Shown piece after piece: positions 25,330-35,324 of a stretch of DNA of 64,000 nucleotides; the first letter of the stretch is position 1, and each line of letters opens with the position of its first letter. The DNA comes from an uncultured virus (IMG/VR IMGVR_UViG_3300011912_000001) (taxonomy: Duplodnaviria; Heunggongvirae; Uroviricota; Caudoviricetes). The translations under genes and the position numbers were made by a program. The notes under the pieces were generated by a model. That model was not told where the DNA came from and did not search any database. It was given only the letters and a program-made list of their open reading frames with translations. The stretch lies in IMG/VR virus record IMGVR_UViG_3300011912_000001; one strand, given 5' to 3'.

Positions 25330-28300
25330 TTAGAACATACGACCCATTTTGAAGATACCTGCTTTGATATCTTCGCGGACTTTCGTTGGCGATGGAGCAT
25401 CTGTGAATACGCTGAGCACGTGTGTTAACTCACGAGCGAACGCACCACCGTGTTTTGCTTCATCGATTGCCCAACGGACAACACACGTTAACCATGTTGC
25501 GAGGTCATCGTAGAAACGACCTTCTGCAAGAAGATAACGTTGCTTCTCTGCATGCTGAAGACGAACAGCTAGTTCGTACTCTGCTTGAATCTCAAGCTGA
25601 ATGTCTTCGATGTTCATTAAACGGTTCGTCCACAAACCGATTGATGATGCTTTTGAAGTCTCGACGATGTGGAGTGCCGCCATCCGGTTGAAGACATAGT
25701 ACACGTCTTGTGGACGGTTTAGAACATCTTCTTCGTTGAATTCAAGCTCCCATGTGCGACCGTTGTTGTCTGTACGTTGTACGACTTCAAGGCCTTCTGG
25801 GATATCAACGAAGCGACGTAAATCAACTGCTTCTTTCGGTTCTGACCATGGGCAACCACCTTTTGGAGCAGACGTTCCAGAAAGGTAGAAGTCGAGGATT
25901 GGTGTCTTGTTCTCGAATGGTTCAACCATTAACGAGTTGAAGATGACGAGACACGTATCTCCATCGAAGTCAGCCCCTGACATCGCCTCTGTTGTCATGT
26001 CAACAGAGTTAAACAACACGAGTCCTTTGAAGAAGCCCATTTTCGCGGCTTTCTCATAGTAAGCTCGTGCTTCTTCTGAGCCGAACTTGTCGGTTGCGAA
26101 GACTTTACGAATCTCCTCGCGTTTCAATGCAGGATAACGTGCGGCAATGAACTCTCCTACACGTAAGTTGCCATCTGCATCGACAACGACTGCACAGCCA
26201 GCTGGAATAGACGGTACCCATTCCATCTTCGGTACTGCGACGCCTTCTTTACGTTGACGGTTGATGGACTTCACCGCTGACATCACCATGAAGATGTCAA
26301 AGCCCATATGACGCATTTTAGCGTCGTCAACCAAGACGTTACCTAATACGATTTTCTCAAGTGATTTCGTCAAGAGACTCGCAAGGCGTTGTTTCTGTAC
26401 ACCATCTTTCAGTGCACGTGGTGCTTGTTTGAGAACGGCTTTAACGCCTGTTTCTCCTTCGATGATGTCATTGAACTCTTCGTTCGCATCCAATTCTTCG
26501 AGTTTTGACTCATCGAAGTTGTCTGTAACACCAAGGAGTTTCAAAGCTTTCGATGCAGAGAACAACGATGCTTGAATCCGTCCTTTTGAAATCTGGTGAA
26601 GACGTTTGAGGTTCTTCTTCGGCGTTCCTGTCGCCAAAAGAGCCTGTGTTGCTACAGGCGCGATATCCTCTTTGAACTCTTTACGCGACCCTTGTACGAC
26701 CGCGAACTCGAAGCGTCCTTCGAGCAAAGCAGGAAGCACGTCAAGTTTCAACGCACCAGACATAAGAATCATGTCATATCCTGTTTCTTCTTTAAGCATC
26801 GGTGTACCGTATGCGAACGGTTTAACACCGGCAACACCTCGTCCTTGGAACGATTGTCCTTCATGCTCCAAAATTCCTTCAGCTACAAGGAACTGAGTGA
26901 TTTCAGGAGACACCAAGATACCACCGTCAACGAGGTTCTTTTCGAAGTCTTTTGTAACAGTAGTAATCGCCGGTTTCCCTGTCTTTTCATCCAATTTGTT
27001 GACGACTTTAGCAGTCGCACGAACAAGATGGGTAGGGTCCTCGATGATAAGGATGTTACGTTTGACGCCACCCATCATTTTATTGACAGATGTCAGCTCG
27101 ATTCCCTCTTTATCTTTGTTCTCATCATCTTGATAAGGGAAGCGGTCTGTGATTTCAAGCTGACCGAACAATTTGCCCATCACATTCGATGGACGCGAAC
27201 CAGACGCCGGCATGTCTGTACGCTTAGGGTCTTTATCCATTTTGAAGACCCGTTTGTTCATTGCTTTGTTCAATTTACCGTATTCATGCATACGATACGT
27301 TGCAACAAAGCGGCCATACACCGCAAGCGAACGTGCGGCTTCGTTGAACAAGAGTTTATGCATGTTTGCATACCCTTCTTGCTCTCCGTATTGCCAAAAT
27401 GCCGCCTCTCCCTTACGCGTTTGGGAAGGAGCCGCACTGTTCAAGGTAAAGACCTTGATTTTCTTCTGACTCTCATCAAGCAAGAGAACACCGTTCAAGA
27501 TAGTGTTCTTGATAAGAGCATCAAGCGCATCTTCCGACACTGTGCCAAATTGATTGACGACAGTACTCGATGTGAAGATGTCTGTCAGCTTCTCAACGAC
27601 AAGTGATACTTTGAGGTTGAGTTGCTTTGTGTTGTCATATCCTTCTACTTCTTGGACGATGACATCTTCCCGGTTTAACGGGTCTTTCTTTGTAATAGGG
27701 AATGTCGTTAAGACTTTCGCCGTATCACGGACAAGCATACTTTCACTGTTGCGTTGAACGAGTGTATTCTCGTTCATCACAGAATCTTCTACGCGTGTAG
27801 AACCACGTAGGAACATGAACAATTGAACCGACTCATCGATTGTCAATTGGTTCATATCATCTGTTTTCAACAGGTGCTTGAGTGTTTTAGGCTCAAGACT
27901 CGTGAACTTGCCTTTTGCATCGAAGAATGCAAGATTCACGTTATCAGCTGATAAGTTGAACGACGGTTTCTTCGGACCTGTCGTTTTCTTCAAGCCAGAC
28001 CGTTTGAACAACTCAGCAATAGAGAGTCGTCCTTTCGGTTGTTTTGCTGGTTTCGCTTTCTCAAACTTCGCTTTTGGTGCTTTTGCGAAGAATTGAATAC
28101 GAAGTGCCAACTTGTATTCTGACAAGAAGTTCGGGATTTCAACTTCTGCCATTTGCGTCAACATCAAAAGAAGTTGACGAGCACGTTTTTGAGCCGGTGC
28201 CAAGGCTGTTTGACGTGCTTGTTTGTTGTTTGCACGTCGTTCTTGCTTCTCAGCTGTTTTCATAGCCAAGACTCCTTTCTTAAGCGCTTTCTCTGCGCGG

Positions 28301-28443
28301 TATACACGTGCAGTAGCTTTCGCTACCTTTTTCTCGCGTTTTGAAACACGGATTGAAGCATCTTGCAATTCAGCAAGACGTGCTTTCGCTACTGCTACTT
28401 CGTTTGCCAATACGTTTACTGTTGCTGTTGTTACTGTTTTCAT
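25330..28443 (-). CDS. yonO: YonO/QDE-1-like double-psi-barrel RNA polymerase
   Basis: MSGADFDGD (DFDGD at 25957-25971), LVDGG, FQGR..GVK, ARYP, IDEAKHG; K/A-rich N-terminal extension. Confidence 0.85.
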   Translation of the reverse strand: MKTVTTATVNVLANEVAVAKARLAELQDASIRVSKREKKVAKATARVYRAEKALKKGVLAMKTAEKQERRANNKQARQTALAPAQKRARQLLLMLTQMAEVEIPNFLSEYKLALRIQFFAKAPKAKFEKAKPAKQPKGRLSIAELFKRSGLKKTTGPKKPSFNLSADNVNLAFFDAKGKFTSLEPKTLKHLLKTDDMNQLTIDESVQLFMFLRGSTRVEDSVMNENTLVQRNSESMLVRDTAKVLTTFPITKKDPLNREDVIVQEVEGYDNTKQLNLKVSLVVEKLTDIFTSSTVVNQFGTVSEDALDALIKNTILNGVLLLDESQKKIKVFTLNSAAPSQTRKGEAAFWQYGEQEGYANMHKLLFNEAARSLAVYGRFVATYRMHEYGKLNKAMNKRVFKMDKDPKRTDMPASGSRPSNVMGKLFGQLEITDRFPYQDDENKDKEGIELTSVNKMMGGVKRNILIIEDPTHLVRATAKVVNKLDEKTGKPAITTVTKDFEKNLVDGGILVSPEITQFLVAEGILEHEGQSFQGRGVAGVKPFAYGTPMLKEETGYDMILMSGALKLDVLPALLEGRFEFAVVQGSRKEFKEDIAPVATQALLATGTPKKNLKRLHQISKGRIQASLFSASKALKLLGVTDNFDESKLEELDANEEFNDIIEGETGVKAVLKQAPRALKDGVQKQRLASLLTKSLEKIVLGNVLVDDAKMRHMGFDIFMVMSAVKSINRQRKEGVAVPKMEWVPSIPAGCAVVVDADGNLRVGEFIAARYPALKREEIRKVFATDKFGSEEARAYYEKAAKMGFFKGLVLFNSVDMTTEAMSGADFDGDTCLVIFNSLMVEPFENKTPILDFYLSGTSAPKGGCPWSEPKEAVDLRRFVDIPEGLEVVQRTDNNGRTWELEFNEEDVLNRPQDVYYVFNRMAALHIVETSKASSIGLWTNRLMNIEDIQLEIQAEYELAVRLQHAEKQRYLLAEGRFYDDLATWLTCVVRWAIDEAKHGGAFARELTHVLSVFTDAPSPTKVREDIKAGIFKMGRMF

Positions 28444-28550
28444 GATTAATTACCCCTTTCAATTTGCGTAAGTGCGCCCACGATGTCGTAGTTTAAGGTC
28501 CTCGCCAAGACCGAATCATTTATATAAACTTCTCTTAATAAGAGAAGGGC

Positions 28551-29165
28551 TTAGTACGTGACTAATGTCGTTTTAATGCCAGAGAATAAGCTTGTGAAAG
28601 CAACAGTCGCATCACGGTTTACCCCGCGTGCGATAACGACATGGTGAAGCTTGTGTTTCCGTGCTACTGTGACCGTACGATGCAACGTTTTAAAACCAGC
28701 CCGGTCTGCCAGTTCTAAAACAAAGTGATTATCGGAAACAACAATGACTTCTTTCTCCAATGTGTGAAGGAAATCATACATTGGTTTACGGTACGGCGGT
28801 GTTTTCTTTAATGGATTTGCTAGACCAATCTTTTGGTCATAGGAAACGAAAACAAATCCATCTTTTGCTGTTGTTGCGCCGACCCCGTTTACCATCCGGG
28901 CCATGATGTTGTTGTTAAGACGGTACTTACGGACCATCTCCAATACATCTTGAAGTCCGACATGACAGAAGTGGTGATTTTTGCCGAACAATTCCGCCCC
29001 TTTCACAGCACGGCCTTTTACTGTGAATGCATACAGTGGGAATCTTAGTGCCGGTGCCAATTCAACAGGTGTTACCATTTGCTTGTTCTGGATTGCTGTT
29101 TTCTGTGCAGATGTTACCGATGTTGCTGTTGCTGATACGATTGCTTTAGTTGTTTGAGTTGTCAT
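28551..29165 (-). CDS. basic hypothetical protein
   Basis: AAAGGGG RBS identical to that of the RNAP gene. Confidence 0.7.
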   Translation of the reverse strand: MTTQTTKAIVSATATSVTSAQKTAIQNKQMVTPVELAPALRFPLYAFTVKGRAVKGAELFGKNHHFCHVGLQDVLEMVRKYRLNNNIMARMVNGVGATTAKDGFVFVSYDQKIGLANPLKKTPPYRKPMYDFLHTLEKEVIVVSDNHFVLELADRAGFKTLHRTVTVARKHKLHHVVIARGVNRDATVAFTSLFSGIKTTLVTY

Positions 29166-29212
29166 GAGGAATTACCCCTTTCGTCCGCATCCGGTTTCTC
29201 CGGCTTATTGGA

Positions 29213-29375
29213 TACCCCTTATATATAGGGGCTTATATAGAACCCCCTATATAGACCCCCTTCTATAGAGGGCCTTATATAGAGGCCTTGCTATAGGCAC
29301 CCCTATATAGAGGCACCCATATACAGCACCCTATATAGGCACCCCTCCATATGAGGGCCTACCTATATAGGGATA
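29213..29375. repeat. array of ~11 short palindromes centred on TATA(TA), CCCTATATAGG-like
   Basis: direct inspection; period roughly 13-17 bp. Confidence 0.85.
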
Positions 29376-29379
29376 CTGC

Positions 29380-29571
29380 TCAATACTCTGATGTAGGATA
29401 GGCGATTAATACAATCTCTTCGCCATCTACTACTACATCGTACAAACAGTACCCTTTGTCAGGATACTGTTGCTTGAAGAGGTCAATTACCCCTACCTCA
29501 AGCTCAACATCTTTATCTCCGGTGTATACGTATGTGTATACACCTACTTGGTTGAATACTGGTACTGACAC
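29380..29571 (-). CDS. small hypothetical protein
   Basis: GTG start after GAGGGGAG. Confidence 0.55.
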   Translation of the reverse strand: MSVPVFNQVGVYTYVYTGDKDVELEVGVIDLFKQQYPDKGYCLYDVVVDGEEIVLIAYPTSEY

Positions 29572-29651
29572 AACAAATACTCCCCTCTATAGCTCATGCA
29601 CTATATGTGCCCTATTGCCTACACCCCTATATAAGCGGGTGTTCTTACCAA

Positions 29652-30236
29652 TTAACGAATGATGCTATTAGGACCATGCTGTGCATAGTCATTACCAGCA
29701 CGGCGCCGCATCATCCGTAGCTCCCCATCTGATAAGGATGGGAAACGTACACGCATATCCTCCAACATAGGTACTGTAGGGCAAGGTGTATCCTCACCAC
29801 CTACGTACCATGATGCGAATACACGGGCATCTACTTCTTCCCATGCATTCGCATACTGTAAGGTAGCAATATCTTTGACTACCTTAGCTACTACACGCAC
29901 CATGAATGCATGTAGCTTATTGCGTACAAGTTCTTCATTGCATGCGTTCTCGTACTGCCATGCATGACGCATCTCGTGCGCCAAAGAATCGATGACTTGT
30001 ACGATGTCGCTATCCATACGCACACATACAGTGTGCATAGGGACATCTACACTAGGAGCAATGTATAACCCCTGTGTAGTGAGAGGGTGAAGTGCCAAGT
30101 AACCACCTGACTCCTCACCAAACCAGACTTGTAAACGTACTGGTAGTTCTAACTCTAGTAGCTCTACCATGTCTTGCTTATGACCCTGTAAAGAGTCATA
30201 GATTGCATCTTGCAATTCGTTCATAATAATGAACAC
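29652..30236 (-). CDS. HEXXH zincin-like metallopeptidase
   Basis: SLAHEMRHAWQ and downstream Y....EEVDA; first gene of the left arm. Confidence 0.7.
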   Translation of the reverse strand: MFIIMNELQDAIYDSLQGHKQDMVELLELELPVRLQVWFGEESGGYLALHPLTTQGLYIAPSVDVPMHTVCVRMDSDIVQVIDSLAHEMRHAWQYENACNEELVRNKLHAFMVRVVAKVVKDIATLQYANAWEEVDARVFASWYVGGEDTPCPTVPMLEDMRVRFPSLSDGELRMMRRRAGNDYAQHGPNSIIR

Positions 30237-30663
30237 CTCCTTTTGATAATCGTAGATGGGGGTGGGCGCCGAAAGATGTCCACTTTATCCATATACACTT
30301 ACCATGCCGCTGAGAATTTTTTGTCAATTCCACCATATGTAACCTTTTTCTCGACTCTTGCTCCGTGCCGCTGACAAAGTGTTCGGGCTTGCTATCTTTT
30401 CTCCTCCATCTCTCCCAGTTTCCATCTCCACCCGCTAAGAGCACGATAAAATCCCACATTCTAAGGGGGGGGGTGGGCGGAAATAAAGACCCCTCCCCTC
30501 TAAAACACAAACACACATTCTCAAAATAAAATTTAATTAAAAAATAAGAGTGATAAGGCACAAGTTAGGAAGTAAAATATGGTATTTATTGATAGGAGAT
30601 GATAGGATAAAGGCAAGACAACTAGAGGATTGAGACAACAGGATAGGAGAGGAGAGCATAGTC

Positions 30664-30855
30664 ATGAAAGAGTCTGTTCATTTACATTTTGCCGTCATCG
30701 AAGGGCGCCGCTGTGCTTCCTGTGATACGGTATTAAGAAGCCGCTACACGTCGTATAAGATTGAAGAGAGTCAAGAGATAGTAAGACTTTGTGGGACCTG
30801 TTCAAACGCTGTAGATAGCGTTTTAAGGGCACGTCAGGTAGGTGAAGCTAAATGA
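30664..30855 (+). CDS. small zinc-finger protein
   Basis: CASC ... LCGTC; RBS AGGAG. Confidence 0.65.
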   Translation: MKESVHLHFAVIEGRRCASCDTVLRSRYTSYKIEESQEIVRLCGTCSNAVDSVLRARQVGEAK

Positions 30856-31139
30856 TGAGTGTATTGTTGGATGATGCGTTCGATGTTCGGTATCAAAAGA
30901 AGCCAGATGAGTCCAATGGCGTCTTGTTGTACATGCATCGCATCGATGTCGGCGGGTTAATCGGAGATTTAGAAGATTTATTCTTTAATTATGAGGGAAC
31001 CCACTATGAGTTCTTTGATATTGAGATTGTCGGATGGAAAAAAGAGCATTCTGCCTTTATCTATTACATTCAATTTAAGAGAATGCGGTATACCCGCGAA
31101 AAAGCCCAAAAAGCACCACAAGAAGTGGTCAGTGCTTAA
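30852..31139 (+). CDS. hypothetical protein
   Basis: ATGA-coupled ORF. Confidence 0.6.
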   Translation: MMSVLLDDAFDVRYQKKPDESNGVLLYMHRIDVGGLIGDLEDLFFNYEGTHYEFFDIEIVGWKKEHSAFIYYIQFKRMRYTREKAQKAPQEVVSA

Positions 31140-31145
31140 GATTCA

Positions 31146-31325
31146 ATGACAACATATGACTGGTACGGTATATTTCTGATATGTAGTGTATTTTATCTCT
31201 ATCAAGAGACGTCTATTTACGTCTTAGAGGAAAATCCCGCGAAAATATCGAAGTGGCGGGCGGTATTCCTTTGGATAGGGTTCTTCTGTATCCATGGAGC
31301 CGTCCTTTGCTTATTAAAGGAGTGA
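31146..31325 (+). CDS. 59-aa membrane protein (not in ORF track)
   Basis: MTTYDWYGIFLICSVFY... with two hydrophobic stretches. Confidence 0.45.
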   Translation: MTTYDWYGIFLICSVFYLYQETSIYVLEENPAKISKWRAVFLWIGFFCIHGAVLCLLKE

Positions 31326-31877
31326 GTTCCCTTGAAAGAGAGACTCAAAGACATCACCTTGTTTAAATTGATGTTAGTTGGAATAGGAAGTCTCGGCGGC
31401 GTCACCTGTTTTATCTTAATCACCGACATCTTCAAGTAATACTTATTAAGAGAGTAAGAGAGACGAAAGAGAAAGACCTGATTAGTACAGAGTCGCTATA
31501 GAAAAACCAGTTGGCGGCGGGAACATACTCTTTGTATGTGGGGCGTTAGCCCTCCTATCCCTTATCTAATAGGAGTAGAGAGTAATAAAAGTCTATAGGG
31601 AGATACCTCTATAGAGAGAGAAGTAATAGAACTTCATTACCCTAGTAGTAGGCGAAGCCGGAGATATCTAACCCGGAGCTTCGTCTTTTTGCCGTGTTCA
31701 GCACTTTCTCTTGAGATTTGACGCATAAATGGTTACATTTCAGGCAGAACTTCTCTATGCTTACGCATCAGACCGTAATAAGCACAAATGTCAGGAAAAT
31801 AATCCTGTAAAAATTCGATTCATAAATGAATGGTAATCCTAGACCGTAGCGTGCCAAAAAGGTCAGGAAAAGAAAGG

Positions 31878-32606
31878 ATGTTGAACGTGGAAGAACAACA
31901 AAAACGTAAAGAAGAGCTCTCTTTGTTAGCTCCTAAGAAGTATATGAACATCAAGAAAGAAGCATTACCGTCTTCATGGAAGATTAGTGAGAAAGGCATT
32001 GAAGCCATTAAGTTCGGTGTTGCGATGAATAAGACGAAACATGGGATGTATGCCTCTATCCCTATGCTCTGTAAAGGCGAGGAATGCCAGTATGCGTCCG
32101 TTTGTCCAATTCTAGACCAAGGGTATGACCCGACTGGAGAACGCTGTCCGCTGGAAATCTCATTGATTATGACACGTTATGAGGACTACAAAGAAGAGTT
32201 TGGAGCCAGTGACGATGACTTCGTTGATATGTCTCTTATTAAAGACCTCATTGACTACGATGTTCAGCTCATGCGAGCAGAGAACAAGATGGCAATCGAT
32301 GGCGACTTCGTTGAGGATGTTGTAGTAACCGTCACAGAGAATGGCGACGAAATCACAAACAAACAACTCTCGAAGGCAACCGAATACAAAGAGAAGATTA
32401 CGAATAAACGTCATAAGGTATTAGAACTGATGAACAGTACCCGTAAAGATAAGAGTGGTGCAAAAGTCCAAGTCAGCATGGACCCATCGAGTTATGCGGC
32501 AAGCTTGTTGAAAGAAATCAATGCGGCGCCGGGTGAAATCATCGACGGCGATTACTTGGATGAATTACTAGGAGAAGGACTACCTGAAGAAGCTGATAAC
32601 GAATGA
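31878..32606 (+). CDS. putative terminase small subunit / packaging protein
   Basis: Cys cluster, helical acidic body, first gene of the morphogenesis block; call is positional. Confidence 0.4.
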   Translation: MLNVEEQQKRKEELSLLAPKKYMNIKKEALPSSWKISEKGIEAIKFGVAMNKTKHGMYASIPMLCKGEECQYASVCPILDQGYDPTGERCPLEISLIMTRYEDYKEEFGASDDDFVDMSLIKDLIDYDVQLMRAENKMAIDGDFVEDVVVTVTENGDEITNKQLSKATEYKEKITNKRHKVLELMNSTRKDKSGAKVQVSMDPSSYAASLLKEINAAPGEIIDGDYLDELLGEGLPEEADNE

Positions 32607-33646
32607 GTGAGTTCGAAAAACCTACTATCCCGGATATAATCAATGACTTTGAAAAAAAGCCAAAGAAATCCCCAAAGGTTAATGGCGGAAAGATAATTAC
32701 ACCTCCTGCCGCTTTTAAACTCGATGAATTCCTAGGGGCTTTTCCAAATTATAATGTCTATCATCGTGCCCATGAGATTGAGAAACAACAAAAAGGAGGT
32801 TCCCCGGCGGGAGGTCCACCGAAACCACCAGAACCGCCTAAAGGAGGTGAACGCACGATACGAGGTTCTGTTTCTGGGAACCAATACCGTCGAGCGCAAA
32901 AAGGACTGCAAAAAGCAGAAATAAATGCAGGGAAAGAAGCGTTGATGGGTGTCAGAAGCCGTATCAATAAAATGTCAGGGAAAAGCCGGGTGGGAACGCT
33001 AGCGGCTTTAGGACTCAAGCTAGGAGTCACACACAGCATGCTTGATAATGATGATGATACGGTGATGTCAACGCTAATTACGTCCTCTGTCTACGCTGGA
33101 GGTATCACAGGAGCCGTCTTTGCAGGAAAGAAATACTTAGATGGTGTCGATGAAGCGCAAAAGAAAGAGAAGCTGTACCGCAATCAGTCGGAACGCTTTG
33201 AAGCCGCCGCTTCCGGGGACCAGAAAAAGATTGATGAACTGAAAAAGAAGTACGGAGAAGAAAAAGGCGAAGAAATCCGTAAGCGTAAGAACCTTGAGAC
33301 CAAAGAAGAACGCATCAGCCGAACGTTAACGGCAGATGGAAAAGGTCCTTTGTCCCATGAAGACCGGGTGGTCAAACGAGGAAAACAGATGATGAAAGCC
33401 GGTAGGATTGGTATGGGTGTCATAGCTGTTGGTGGAGTCCTCTCTGCCCTGCATGGGATGAAGCGAAGCGGAGACGTCGAAGACATCAAAGATGACGGGG
33501 AAAAGAAAATCCGTTTAGAAAAACGGGAACAGAAACAAAAAAATAGGGATTATGGATACAACAACCCGACCATGGGGAGTATTGCCTTTGAAATGTTCGA
33601 ACAACGGACAGGGCACTATAAAATGGGCGATTCTAGATTCCAGTAA
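32603..33646 (+). CDS. putative virion internal/membrane-interacting protein
   Basis: Gly-rich hydrophobic helices and charged linkers. Confidence 0.5.
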   Translation: MSEFEKPTIPDIINDFEKKPKKSPKVNGGKIITPPAAFKLDEFLGAFPNYNVYHRAHEIEKQQKGGSPAGGPPKPPEPPKGGERTIRGSVSGNQYRRAQKGLQKAEINAGKEALMGVRSRINKMSGKSRVGTLAALGLKLGVTHSMLDNDDDTVMSTLITSSVYAGGITGAVFAGKKYLDGVDEAQKKEKLYRNQSERFEAAASGDQKKIDELKKKYGEEKGEEIRKRKNLETKEERISRTLTADGKGPLSHEDRVVKRGKQMMKAGRIGMGVIAVGGVLSALHGMKRSGDVEDIKDDGEKKIRLEKREQKQKNRDYGYNNPTMGSIAFEMFEQRTGHYKMGDSRFQ

Positions 33647-33652
33647 GGAGAA

Positions 33653-34825
33653 ATGAAGATGTTAGCTAGAAAAGCAACGAACATGTTAGAAGACTTTCTT
33701 TCAAAAGGAAGAACATTAAATGTTTCTTCAAGACAAGGCATGAAAGACACAATGAAGTTTGGGAATAAGAGTAAAATCGAAACTCCTAGCCAAAACAAAA
33801 TCAATCGTAAGCAAAGAATTCATAATAGCACGAACAAAGCCTATGATGAATACGCACAATTACGTGAAGCCCGACAAGGTAGTCGAAAACGCCAGCCAAA
33901 AACGGAACGTCAGCGTCGTATCAAAACACTGAAACGTCAAAACAATAAACGACGTCAAGGAGAAGAAGCTCAGCGAACTGGTTATAACAGAGAGGCTTCT
34001 CAAAAAGCACAAAATGATTACTTTGACCTAAAAGAAGGACGGGCGGCGAACAAAGAACGTGTCCCAAAAACACAACGTCAAAAGGACATCAAGCGATTAA
34101 GTCGAAAAAACCGTAAAGCACGGGAAGCCCGTATCGAAAAAGAAAATCAATTTGATGGACAAGCGGCAAATCGTTCTCAAAAAGATTATCAAAATCTTCG
34201 AAAAGAACGAGAAGCCCGTCAAGCGGAAACGCCATTAACTCCTCGTCAACAACGTATCAATGATTTGAAACAAGGAAACAATAACCGTCGTCAGAGAGAG
34301 CAAAACATACGAGACATAGAACAACAGGAACGAGAAGCTCAAGTTAATCGGTATAAAGACCAGATTAATAAATCACGGGCTGAAACAGCGGAAACAGCAC
34401 GATTAGCCGCTGGTGGTGGACGTTATGGTACAGGACTTGACGAAGCGACGCAAGCAAGCATGTATGGAGAAGATATGGGTCGTCGCTTTAAAGCCAATGG
34501 TGGCTGGGGCGGTGTCGGTCGTGGTGCTGTTCAAGGTGCCGCTATCGGGGGTCTTGCCGGAGGTACTGTCGAGTCCATGCAAGGTGGAGACTTCTGGGAT
34601 GGTGCCAAATCAGGGGCCATGATGGGAGCAACGGGTATGGCTGGATTGCGTGCCGCGAAACAAGCAACGGGAGCGGAGAAATTCTTCCGTGGTCCAAATA
34701 ACATTGCAAGTACATACAGTAGACAAACAGAACAGTATGGCGTCGGGGTTAAAGCCTTGATGTTAAACAGTGAAATGGCTGGTAAAGCAAAAAGTGTCAT
34801 GAACTGGAGAAAAGACAGACAATAA
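33653..34825 (+). CDS. Arg/Lys-rich repeat protein with C-terminal glycine zipper
   Basis: three ~56-aa repeats; GAAIGGLAGG / GAMMGATG. Confidence 0.6.
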   Translation: MKMLARKATNMLEDFLSKGRTLNVSSRQGMKDTMKFGNKSKIETPSQNKINRKQRIHNSTNKAYDEYAQLREARQGSRKRQPKTERQRRIKTLKRQNNKRRQGEEAQRTGYNREASQKAQNDYFDLKEGRAANKERVPKTQRQKDIKRLSRKNRKAREARIEKENQFDGQAANRSQKDYQNLRKEREARQAETPLTPRQQRINDLKQGNNNRRQREQNIRDIEQQEREAQVNRYKDQINKSRAETAETARLAAGGGRYGTGLDEATQASMYGEDMGRRFKANGGWGGVGRGAVQGAAIGGLAGGTVESMQGGDFWDGAKSGAMMGATGMAGLRAAKQATGAEKFFRGPNNIASTYSRQTEQYGVGVKALMLNSEMAGKAKSVMNWRKDRQ

Positions 34826-34842
34826 GAAAGGAAGTCTAAACA

Positions 34843-35319
34843 ATGAGTAAAGCAGATGGCGCGAAGAAGTTTTTTAATTCAGCAGTCAAACGCCTTCAAA
34901 ATGGAGCAGAACGGGTTGAAACAAAACCGAAACGAATTCTTGATGCTATGAAATCAGATAAAAGTATTCGTAACACAGGCTCTGAGATTTTCTTGAAAAA
35001 AGATAAAGATGGCGAAACCTTTGCCAACCTATATACCGGTAAAAAAGTACGAGGACTTCCGATGCTAGCCATCGGAGGTCTAGGTGCCGCCGCTACCATG
35101 GGTGTTGGTGGCAATGACAAAACAGGGGACGATGGTTTCATGGGTTCTGGAACAGGACTGTTAGATGTTAAACGAATGACGACTCCTCGCATGGGCACAA
35201 TGGAATCAGGAGAGCTTCCAACGTTCTTAGCAGACGGTGGGTCTCGTTCATCGACATCGAATACATTAGGTGCAAGCGGAGACATGGTCTTTGGTATGCA
35301 TAATCGGAGAAAGGGGTAA
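34843..35319 (+). CDS. Gly-rich hypothetical (virion-associated?)
   Basis: ends GDMVFGMHNRR, similar to the end of the 32603 protein (GSIAFEMFEQR). Confidence 0.55.
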   Translation: MSKADGAKKFFNSAVKRLQNGAERVETKPKRILDAMKSDKSIRNTGSEIFLKKDKDGETFANLYTGKKVRGLPMLAIGGLGAAATMGVGGNDKTGDDGFMGSGTGLLDVKRMTTPRMGTMESGELPTFLADGGSRSSTSNTLGASGDMVFGMHNRRKG

Positions 35320-35324
35320 TTTAA

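Noticed and set aside
26596..27606. 336-aa plus-strand ORF and other long antisense ORFs (e.g. 46252-46923, 51421-52080)
   Set aside because: They are shadows of strongly biased genes on the opposite strand, with no RBS or motifs.
29213..29375. TATA palindrome array as CRISPR
   Set aside because: Units are about 15 bp, degenerate and lack unique spacers.
30297..30327. SigmaA promoter for the early arm (TTGACA at 30327-30322, minus)
   Set aside because: The -35 is perfect but there is no acceptable -10 at 16-18 bp; plausible but unsupported.
30236..30660. Physical genome terminus at the strand switch
   Set aside because: Compositional skew and G/C runs are suggestive, but termini cannot be called without read data.
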